A stretch of DNA of 24,000 bases, from NCBI GenBank assembly GCA_041641305.1, contig JBEPYN010000001.1, positions 694,370 to 718,369 of the forward strand, given 5' to 3'. Under the pieces are notes generated by a model. That model made no database searches. It worked only from the letters and a program-made list of their open reading frames with translations, and was not told the origin of the DNA. Of this stretch, positions 9,501 through 15,668 are shown in pieces. Position 1 is the stretch's first letter. The number at the start of each line of letters is the position of its first letter. A program made the translations under genes and the position numbers. This DNA is from Nitrososphaerota archaeon (lineage in GTDB: Archaea; Thermoproteota; Nitrososphaeria_A; Caldarchaeales; Caldarchaeaceae).

Positions 9501-9880
9501 ACCATGACGGGGATGTTTCCGACCCAGACGTTCTCGGGAGGCGCGATGGGTTTTCCGTCAAAGTAGATGCTCATCTTGATGTAGATAGGTGCCTCGTATG
9601 TGAGGTTGCGTAACCTCGCCTCCCATGGATAGAGGGGCTGCGGATTCGGCGCGTCTATCTCTCTTTTTGTGGGTATGTCTATTGTGACCTGTCCAAACTT
9701 GACGACAACTGTCCCGTGTTTGGTTTTGATTTCGTAGTCGCTCATCGAGTTGACGAGCTGCTGAAGCCCTGTCTTGACGAAGTAGTTGTAGGACCTGAGA
9801 TGATGCTGCACAAGCCCTTCGTCTTCGAGGTTTGACCGGAATACATCCCAGAGCTCATCCTTGTTTAGCTGCGTCGCCAC
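6527..9880 (-). CDS. rpoB: DNA-directed RNA polymerase subunit B (unsplit)
   Basis: 1117-aa ORF with '[15 protein letters not shown]', '[16 protein letters not shown]', '[40 protein letters not shown]' and a C-terminal Zn ribbon 'CEKCG...CPVDG'. GTG start at 9880. Confidence 0.95.
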   Translation of the reverse strand: [1117 protein letters not shown]

Positions 9881-9882
9881 AT

Positions 9883-10158
9883 CTATTCACCCCACACAAC
9901 TCGGTAGTAGACAGCTTCTCCAGCGGTCTCGGAGCGGCGGGTGATTTTTATGATGTCTCCGGTCTTCGCCTTAAGTCTCTTCACCATAGGGTCCGATGGA
10001 TGAATGTAGGGGAGCTTATCACGTGATACGCCAAGCTGCTGTAACAGTTTCTCCGCCTCGTCATGGGGCAGAACCTCGTGCCTAGGCACGAGCACGTGTT
10101 CAGTTATGTCGAAAACCTCTTTTTCAGCCGTTTTCTCCTTCTTGACCATGTCAGACAC
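9883..10158 (-). CDS. rpoH: DNA-directed RNA polymerase subunit H (Rpb5 C-terminal domain homolog)
   Basis: 91-aa ORF with 'HVLVPRHEVLPHDEAEKLL' and 'DPMVKRLKAKTGDIIKITRRSETAGEAVYYRVV'. It is the first gene of the rpoH-B-A operon. The stop lies 2 nt before the rpoB start. Confidence 0.9.
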   Translation of the reverse strand: MSDMVKKEKTAEKEVFDITEHVLVPRHEVLPHDEAEKLLQQLGVSRDKLPYIHPSDPMVKRLKAKTGDIIKITRRSETAGEAVYYRVVWGE

Positions 10159-10251
10159 CCAAAACTTCTAAGCTGAATACAGCTCCGAACCGCTCACTAA
10201 TAAGGGTTCATGGAAAAACAGTTCCTCGGCCCGAAAAAGCCGCAGACAACA

Positions 10252-10259
10252 TTTATATT
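10252..10259 (+). promoter_or_regulatory. TATA-box-like element (TTTATATT) for tRNA-Lys
   Basis: An AT-rich octamer ending 22 nt upstream of the tRNA 5' end at 10282. Confidence 0.45.
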
Positions 10260-10281
10260 TTAACCAGCCGCAGCACAACCC

Positions 10282-10381
10282 GGGCCCATAGCTCAGTCAG
10301 GTAGAGAGAACCATGTAAAACGGTTCCTATAGCGGCCGGCTCTTAACCGGCAGGTCGCGGGATCAAAGCCCGCTGGGCCCG
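10282..10381 (+). tRNA. tRNA-Lys (anticodon CUU) interrupted by a 26-nt intron in the D-arm; no encoded CCA
   Basis: Hand-folded cloverleaf after removing 10307..10332:
- Acceptor GGGCCCA/TGGGCCC.
- D arm GCTC-AGTCAGGTA-GAGC.
- Anticodon stem GCCGG/CCGGC with loop C-T-CTT-A-A.
- Variable region AGGTC.
- T arm GCGGG-ATCAAAG-CCCGC.
- Discriminator G.

A T4 run follows immediately at 10383..10386. Confidence 0.85.
10307..10332 (+). other. tRNA intron at a non-canonical position (3' strand of the D stem, about position 24/25) with a bulge-helix-bulge-like fold
   Basis: - 4-bp helix 10301-10304/10327-10330 (G.U, U-A, A-U, G-C).
- 3-nt bulges AGA (10305-10307) and AGC (10331-10333) flank it on opposite strands.
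- Inner 5-bp helix GAACC/GGTTC (10308-10312/10322-10326) with a 9-nt loop.
- Because of the AG/AG repeat, the boundary can slide by up to 2 nt without changing the mature sequence. Confidence 0.7.
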
Positions 10382-11118
10382 CTTTTCACCGCGTGAATTA
10401 TTTCTGCGAGTTTTTCCCGGTTTTTCTCCGCGGCTGTTCCCGTCACTATGATGTCGGCCCCAGCGGCTGCGACTGTTTGCGCGTCTTTTCCCGTTTTTAT
10501 TCCTCCTCCCACTATGACGGGGATTTCGACGGCTTGTTTGACGGCTTTGATTGTCTGTGGAGGGATGTGTGCAGCAGCGCCTGAGCCTGCCTCGAGGTAG
10601 AGATACCTCATGCCAAGATACTGTGCAGCGAGGCCATAGCAGACAGCAATCTCAACATTATGCGGCGAGAGGGGGAGAACTCTCCCCATCGCAGCCACTG
10701 TGCTCTCGTGCCCGAAGACAACATAGCCCATCGGCAAAGCCTCGAGGTTGAAATGCTTAACCGTCAAAGCACCCTGCAGCTGAGCACCGACGATGTAGTA
10801 CCAGTCGACGCTGTTGAGGAGGCTCATGAACCATATTGCGTCGGCGAAACGTGAGATTGACTGGACGTTGTTCGGGAAGATTATGACGGGTAGCCTTGTC
10901 TTTGCTTTGATGGCTTTGATGTAGTTGTCCAGCTGCTCCTGTGTGTGGACCGTGGAGCCTCCGACCATGATTGCGTCGGAGCCCATTTCCTCGACATGCT
11001 TAGCCAGCATCGCTGCGTCATCCTGAGAGACGCTGATCGGGTCTATCAGGGTCATGTGTAGCTTTTCCCCAGCCCCAAGCTTTGCGTGGATGTAGCTATC
11101 AACCCTGCCCAGCTTCAA
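10363..11118 (-). CDS. geranylgeranylglyceryl phosphate synthase (PcrB/GGGPS family; archaeal ether-lipid backbone synthesis)
   Basis: 251-aa ORF with 'KLHMTLIDP', 'DAIMVGGST', 'PVIIFPNNVQSISRFADAIWFMSLLNS', 'YLYLEAGSGAAAHIP' and 'IVGGGIKTGKDAQTVAAAGADIIVTGT'. This is closely collinear with my recollection of methanogen GGGPS. TTG start at 11118. The last 6 codons overlap the 3' end of the convergent tRNA-Lys. Confidence 0.85.
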   Translation of the reverse strand: MKLGRVDSYIHAKLGAGEKLHMTLIDPISVSQDDAAMLAKHVEEMGSDAIMVGGSTVHTQEQLDNYIKAIKAKTRLPVIIFPNNVQSISRFADAIWFMSLLNSVDWYYIVGAQLQGALTVKHFNLEALPMGYVVFGHESTVAAMGRVLPLSPHNVEIAVCYGLAAQYLGMRYLYLEAGSGAAAHIPPQTIKAVKQAVEIPVIVGGGIKTGKDAQTVAAAGADIIVTGTAAEKNREKLAEIIHAVKSGPSGL

Positions 11119-11356
11119 CAGGTTTTTCGCCCCGGGTCACCATATCATACCATTTCGTGTAAGCATCCACCTCGCTGTAGGCTGGGTACCACGGTATCTC
11201 GGCGGACGCGTTGCAGCTGCCGCATGTCACCGTCGCCGTCTCGCTGTTTTTCTCATGCGCAACCCTCACCGCCGTTGCTCCGCATAGTGGGCAGCTGAAT
11301 ACTTTTGGGAATGGCCGAGGTGTCCGCTTGATAATCTTCCGCCTTTTTCTGCCCAT
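11099..11356 (-). CDS. Elf1-like zinc-ribbon transcription elongation factor homolog
   Basis: 85-aa ORF with a basic N-terminus 'MGRKRRKIIKRTPRPFPKVFSCPLCG...VTCGSCNAS' (C4 zinc ribbon) and 'DAYTKWYD'. This matches the eukaryotic/TACK-archaeal Elf1 pattern. Confidence 0.75.
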   Translation of the reverse strand: MGRKRRKIIKRTPRPFPKVFSCPLCGATAVRVAHEKNSETATVTCGSCNASAEIPWYPAYSEVDAYTKWYDMVTRGEKPVEAGQG

Positions 11357-11364
11357 GAGTAAAA

Positions 11365-11387
11365 TTTAGATATGCGATGGATTTAAA
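11365..11387. promoter_or_regulatory. divergent promoter region with two TATA-like elements (TTTAGATA on +, TTTAAAT on -)
   Basis: TTTAGATA (11365-11372, + strand) ends 25 nt before ATG 11398. TTTAAAT (minus strand, 11387-11381) ends 24 nt before the Elf1 ATG at 11356. Confidence 0.35.
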
Positions 11388-11397
11388 CCCGATTGGG

Positions 11398-12033
11398 ATG
11401 CCTCGGCAGGCAGCGGCCATGCATAAAGGGTTTCTGCTGGCTGTGTTGAGCCATGACCATAGATTTGTGAGGAAAATTGTTGACGAGGCACGTGGAAGAA
11501 GGCTTGAGGTGGTGCATGTCACCAGCCGAGGAGAAATACCGTTGGCGGCGAAGGCGATCGTCGTGAAAAAAGGAGAGTTTCCAGACATGGTCGTGGACAA
11601 GGCTTTTGAGGCCGAGCCAGACCAGTCACCGGCCTCTGTGGTTGACAAAGCCATCGAGAAAGGGTTCATGTTGGATAAAGTCGCGAAAGCACTTGTCGCA
11701 GTTGACCCGGGTAAGAAAATGGGACTGGCATACTTTGCCGACAACGTGTTGCTGCGGACAGAGACGCTGTATGACCAGGAGGTTCTCGCCGAGCATGTGG
11801 CGGACTTTTTCCGAAACCATCCAGAATCCACACATCATGTAGTGGTTGGGGCCGGTGCACCTGCTTATAGAGAGCAGTTGATAGAAATGCTTCTACGTAA
11901 GATGCCTGACCTTTCTGCGGAGAACATCTTCACCGTCCCCGAGAAAAACTCTACGCGTCTCGCCCGAGGAAGAGATGAGCTGGCTGCGGCGGTTATCCAC
12001 CGGATTTGGAGCAGAGGCGGCAAGAGGAGCTAA
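11398..12033 (+). CDS. hypothetical two-domain protein: an unknown N-terminal domain plus a C-terminal YqgF/RuvX-like RNase H-fold nuclease domain
   Basis: The C-terminal half carries, in order, motifs resembling bacterial YqgF/RuvX:
- 'LVAVDPGKKMGLAYF' (compare FDFGTKSIGVAV).
- 'HHVVVGAG' (compare IIVGLP).
- 'VPEKNSTRLAR' (compare DERLSTVEAR).
- 'RDELAAAVIHRIW' (compare VDSASAVIILESY).

The start is uncertain (ATG 11377, 11398 or 11419). I chose 11398 from the TATA spacing. Confidence 0.5.
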   Translation: MPRQAAAMHKGFLLAVLSHDHRFVRKIVDEARGRRLEVVHVTSRGEIPLAAKAIVVKKGEFPDMVVDKAFEAEPDQSPASVVDKAIEKGFMLDKVAKALVAVDPGKKMGLAYFADNVLLRTETLYDQEVLAEHVADFFRNHPESTHHVVVGAGAPAYREQLIEMLLRKMPDLSAENIFTVPEKNSTRLARGRDELAAAVIHRIWSRGGKRS

Positions 12034-12035
12034 GT

Positions 12036-13157
12036 TTGGACATCCCCGCTGGAAAAACGCTTCTGATAGATGGGCCCGCATCTGTTAAGCTTATCGAGGG
12101 AAAAGCCTCCATCTACGGCTGCCTCCTGAAAACCCGGCGATACTATGTGATGAGGCCTTGGAAACGTTACCCGCTCTACGCCGAGGAAGATGTAAAAATC
12201 GAGCTAAACCTCGGCACAGACGCTGAAGCAACTCTCGTAAACACAGGCGATGAACATGTGGCGTGGCGCGAAATAGTGGAGAGCCTCGTGGACAAAACCG
12301 CGTTGGCTGTCTGCGGAGGTGTCGACACAGGCAAAACATCTTTCGCAACTTTTGCAGCCAACCACTTGGTGCAAAGGTTTGGACGATGTGTCGTGGTTAG
12401 TCTTGACCCCGGGCAGACAAGCTTCACCCCACCATGTGTGGTCGGATGCGCCGAGATGCGTGAACCCGTCCACGACTTTGCAGGCCTGACACCTTTTCTC
12501 CAGAGACCTGTCGGCTCTCCCTCAGCAGCCCTATGCTCGGCCGAGATAGCTGAAGCGACGCGTGAAATTGCACAAGCGCTCGCCGACGGGATTTTCGTGG
12601 TGGATGTGGACGGCTGGGTGGATGGACCTGCAGCGGTTGCACACAAGCTGGCTGTGGTGAAGGAGCTGAACTGCAGCCACGTGGTTGTGATGGGTGAGAA
12701 CAAACCCCTCGCCGAAGCCTTTTCACAAGCAGGCATGAAAGTGTTCACAGCACCTGTGTCAACCTACGTCAAGCAACGCGAAACAGTAACACGTCGTAAA
12801 ACACGAGAATGGCTATACAGAAAACATCTCGGAAAACCGAGGACACGGCTCATACCTTATTCATGGATAAAGCTCTTCACGGTCTGTGGACAAACCCCGC
12901 CCGAAGAACTGGTGAAACAGGCCGATGAAGCACTCGCGCAGACAACACAGGAAAACAGCATAAGAAAGAGGATGGGGTTGATAGCTTTTCTCTACGACGG
13001 AGCAGGACGCTACAAGGGCATGGGTGTCTTGACGGGCTTCAACGACGAGAAACGCGCATACATGGTTTTGACAAGTGTCGAAGACGAGGTTCGGCAAATC
13101 GGCCTCGGCCGCGTGGTTCTCACAGAAGATGGAGACGAGATTCTCCAATTAGATTAG
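12036..13157 (+). CDS. Clp1/Grc3-family polynucleotide 5'-hydroxyl kinase
   Basis: P-loop 'VCGGVDTGKTSFATFAANHLV' followed by the family-typical 'VVVSLDPGQTSFTPP' and 'VVDVDGWV'. The N-terminal beta domain 'KTLLIDGPASVKLIEGKASIYGC' resembles the Clp1 N-domain. I set the start to TTG 12036, which has GAGGAG 6 nt upstream and lies 2 nt after the upstream stop. The ORF-track TTG at 12006 is an alternative. Confidence 0.75.
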   Translation: MDIPAGKTLLIDGPASVKLIEGKASIYGCLLKTRRYYVMRPWKRYPLYAEEDVKIELNLGTDAEATLVNTGDEHVAWREIVESLVDKTALAVCGGVDTGKTSFATFAANHLVQRFGRCVVVSLDPGQTSFTPPCVVGCAEMREPVHDFAGLTPFLQRPVGSPSAALCSAEIAEATREIAQALADGIFVVDVDGWVDGPAAVAHKLAVVKELNCSHVVVMGENKPLAEAFSQAGMKVFTAPVSTYVKQRETVTRRKTREWLYRKHLGKPRTRLIPYSWIKLFTVCGQTPPEELVKQADEALAQTTQENSIRKRMGLIAFLYDGAGRYKGMGVLTGFNDEKRAYMVLTSVEDEVRQIGLGRVVLTEDGDEILQLD

Positions 13158-13697
13158 CTTCATAAGCCTAACCACTTTCTTCTGCGCCAAAGCCACAGCA
13201 TTCGCGTGATAGATTGTGGCGAGGTCTCCTTCCTTGAAGGGCCCGTAGCTAACAAGGTCTTCTCCGACAAACTTGGGGAAATCCCTGAGAAACACCACCA
13301 CCTCCAGCTTCTCATCCTCCTCGGCGTAGAGGGTCCTGGGGTTGTGTACACCGTTTCGAACCTTGGCCTCGTGAAACGACAACGCACGCATTATGTGCTC
13401 CATCGTCTTCTTCTCAAACGGCAAAAGATTTTCCAGCTGCTCCTGCCTCATAGCAGCCTCCGATATTTTCCTGAAGCGAATGCTCAAAACAGATTCAAGA
13501 AGCTTGCCCAACATCTGGAGCTCCGCAGACTTCAGAGACGCGTTAAGAGAGTCTCTTTCACTTAGCCTGACTTGGCGCCGCAGCATTCCCATATAGTTCG
13601 CCAAAGTGTCGAGAAAAATTTCATCTATTTTCTGTAGACTGGGTTCGCTGCGTTCTCTTCCCCAGAGCTCCAGCAGCTTCTCGTAAACTTCCTCCAT
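13149..13697 (-). CDS. GINS complex subunit, Gins51/Gins15-type (helical A domain followed by a small beta B domain)
   Basis: 'YEKLLELWGRERSEPSLQKIDEIFLDTLANYM' and 'VLSIRFRKI', with a C-terminal 'VVVFLRDFPKFVGEDLVSYGPFKEGDLATIYHANAVALAQKKVV'. These match the archaeal GINS pattern. Start moved to ATG 13697, which has a TATA-like box 23 nt upstream. The TTG at 13712 is an alternative. The 3' end overlaps the convergent Clp1 gene by 9 nt. Confidence 0.65.
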   Translation of the reverse strand: MEEVYEKLLELWGRERSEPSLQKIDEIFLDTLANYMGMLRRQVRLSERDSLNASLKSAELQMLGKLLESVLSIRFRKISEAAMRQEQLENLLPFEKKTMEHIMRALSFHEAKVRNGVHNPRTLYAEEDEKLEVVVFLRDFPKFVGEDLVSYGPFKEGDLATIYHANAVALAQKKVVRLMKLI

Positions 13698-13720
13698 CCG
13701 GACAAGCTCCAATATGCATC

Positions 13721-13728
13721 CTTTTAAT
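13721..13728 (-). promoter_or_regulatory. TATA-box-like element (ATTAAAAG on the minus strand) for the GINS gene
   Basis: It ends 23 nt upstream of ATG 13697. Confidence 0.4.
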
Positions 13729-13743
13729 GGTTGTGTGGAAAAA

Positions 13744-14202
13744 TCAGCCGTACATGGGTTTTGTTGTTTCCTCCTCTGTTTTTACTGCGCGGAGAATTTG
13801 TTGTAAAAGCTCTTCAACGGTTTTCTGCATGGATGCAAGCGCGCGAGCAGCCTCTGTGATGGTTACAACTCCTTCGAGCTTCCCCTCTTTCGACACGACG
13901 GGAAGGCGTCTGAACCCATGTGTCGCCATCAACACGACGGCGTCCTCGACAGATGTGTCGGGGGAGACGCCTATGACAGGAAAAGACATAACGTCCTTGA
14001 CTTTTGTCCGGCTGTGGTCGAGGCCCGTGGCCAGAACACGTCGAACAGCATCTCTTTCGGTGAAAATTCCCACAAGTTTATCATCGGACTTTACCAAAAG
14101 ATAACCGACGTCCAGCCTGTCCATCAAAATCGCAGCCTCACGCACGGATATTCCAGCATCAACCACGTTGCCGACCCGCAGCATAATGTCTCCTACATGC
14201 AT
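13744..14202 (-). CDS. stand-alone CBS-pair (Bateman domain) protein
   Basis: Two CBS repeats: 'VGDIMLRVGNVVDAGISVREAAILMDRLDVGYLLVKSDDKLVGIFTERD' and 'VKDVMSFPVIGVSPDTSVEDAVVLMATHGFRRLPVVSKEGKLEGVVTITE'. I chose ATG 14202 (MHVGDIM) as the start. An alternative is GTG 14280, which forms a TAGTG overlap with the priS stop. The ORF-track start at 14358 would overlap priS by 79 nt. Confidence 0.75.
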   Translation of the reverse strand: MHVGDIMLRVGNVVDAGISVREAAILMDRLDVGYLLVKSDDKLVGIFTERDAVRRVLATGLDHSRTKVKDVMSFPVIGVSPDTSVEDAVVLMATHGFRRLPVVSKEGKLEGVVTITEAARALASMQKTVEELLQQILRAVKTEEETTKPMYG

Positions 14203-14279
14203 CTTAGGCACGCCGTCGCCAGCCTCTTCCCCACGGCTCACGGCTGTAAAGCATCCAACAACCTGATAACCTTTGCCCA

Positions 14280-15500
14280 CTATGCCAAGGTTGCAAGGCC
14301 TTTGCATAATAGGTAGACAGCGGCGTAGGCGGGCAGCTTTTGGGCCTGGTTTTCCCAAGGGCCATAAACGTTGTCCCCGAGCATGAAACTCGGCGTATGA
14401 AACACTTTTACAGCGAGAAGGGGCTCCTCGGGCAGGGCGACGGCGTCACGTAGCGGGTTAAAATCTTCAAGCAGGTCGCGTGAAACAACCATGGCTCTGA
14501 GGCCTGTTTTGCCGTTGAGCGTGTCAGCCAACCTCAGCAACCTGTGGACATCGGTTGTAACAACTGTGTCGATGTGCGAAGCCGCATCATCCACAGACAG
14601 GGCCACAAGCTTCTCCAGCTGCTGGCTCCGCTTTCCCTGTTTGAGCAGCTCCCACCGCGGCCTCTCCCTCCAAAGAGAAGAGATAGAGCGCAGCTCCTCC
14701 ACCTGCCTGGGCCCAAGCAAACGGCTCAGCCTCTCATCGTCCCCAGAAGATGTCTCCAAAACAATACGGCGCACTCCACGGGCTATTCTACCACGCCAGC
14801 CAGGGTCGCTGTAATCGGGGGCATGGGAGGCGGAGGATGCGGGAAGGCCGTGAAATCCGATGCCGATGTGTGAGCCTGTCACATAATCCACAATCTCTTG
14901 ACGGGCGTCGCGTCCGAGCTCGAGCACCTCCTCTGCTTCAACCGCCAGATGGTAACCGCGGTTGCCTGAAAAGCTGACTGTAAACGAGCTGAGGCCAAAA
15001 TCATTCTCCATAAAGTCGATGAGCCTGAGCAGCTCCTGCTTCGTCTTCCCCAGACAAGTGTCACACACCATCTTCACCTCGGCAACCTCGCCGCCGCAAC
15101 CCCCGCATCGCTGCGTCTTCTCACCTGTTCTCCGGCCACATGAGAGACATAGATAGTAGTCGTGACCCTGTTTACAGCTTGTCTCAAGATGGTCGGCGTC
15201 TATGTCGAAGATAAGCTCAGCGCCCAGCCATCCCTTCTCCTCCATCGGCGCCTGCGGATACTGGTAAAGAGCAGCCGAGCGGTAAACATGTAGAGGAGCC
15301 TCGCGGACAAGCATCTTACGCAGGTCATCAAAATTCCTGAAAGAAAGATGACGCACCATCACACGCTGGCCAAAAGGCATGTAGCCGAACTCACGCCTCT
15401 CAAAACTGAAAGGCTGAAAAACGTCAACATACCTCCTCTCATAATAAAGCCTGAAAAGCTGTTGAACAAGCTGCGCATCAGTAACCGTTCGGAAACTCAT
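14280..15500 (-). CDS. priS: DNA primase small (catalytic) subunit PriS
   Basis: 406-aa ORF with 'REFGYMPF', catalytic 'ELIFDIDADH', a Zn knuckle 'CLSCG...CGGCGG...CDTC' and 'FSGNRGYHLAV'. These are AEP primase signatures. Confidence 0.9.
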   Translation of the reverse strand: MSFRTVTDAQLVQQLFRLYYERRYVDVFQPFSFERREFGYMPFGQRVMVRHLSFRNFDDLRKMLVREAPLHVYRSAALYQYPQAPMEEKGWLGAELIFDIDADHLETSCKQGHDYYLCLSCGRRTGEKTQRCGGCGGEVAEVKMVCDTCLGKTKQELLRLIDFMENDFGLSSFTVSFSGNRGYHLAVEAEEVLELGRDARQEIVDYVTGSHIGIGFHGLPASSASHAPDYSDPGWRGRIARGVRRIVLETSSGDDERLSRLLGPRQVEELRSISSLWRERPRWELLKQGKRSQQLEKLVALSVDDAASHIDTVVTTDVHRLLRLADTLNGKTGLRAMVVSRDLLEDFNPLRDAVALPEEPLLAVKVFHTPSFMLGDNVYGPWENQAQKLPAYAAVYLLCKGLATLA

Positions 15501-15613
15501 TCGCCGCCTCTCAACCTGCTGTAGACAACGTAGGCCGCGACCAAGACAAACCCCGCAACCACAAGCCAGTAGCTCGATGCGAAGAGAAAGTCGACAAACT
15601 GCTCGAGAGACAT
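15497..15613 (-). CDS. 38-codon single-pass membrane micro-ORF, translationally coupled to priS (hypothetical)
   Basis: This ORF is not in the track (under 60 aa). It reads ATG..TGA = MSLEQFVDFLFASSYWLVVAGFVLVAAYVVYSRLRGGE, with one clear TM helix followed by a basic tail. Its TGA overlaps the priS ATG (ATGA). A TATA-like box ends 26 nt upstream of its ATG. Confidence 0.4.
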   Translation of the reverse strand: MSLEQFVDFLFASSYWLVVAGFVLVAAYVVYSRLRGGE

Positions 15614-15639
15614 CCCGCAGCCTTTACGCCACAAGATGC

Positions 15640-15646
15640 TATTAAA
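15640..15646 (-). promoter_or_regulatory. TATA-box-like element (TTTAATA on the minus strand) for the micro-ORF/priS transcription unit
   Basis: 26 nt separate the element from ATG 15613. No other AT-rich box lies between tRNA-Val and priS. Confidence 0.4.
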
Positions 15647-15668
15647 GATATGGTGTCACAAGCCGTTT

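Noticed and set aside
11253-11831. 192-aa ORF on the - strand (also 12176..12748, 16877..17404 and 22371..22940)
   Set aside because: All are antisense shadows of better-supported genes (the YqgF-like ORF, Clp1 kinase, aspS and cca). They are Ser/Thr/Ala/Pro/Arg-rich and lack start-site context.
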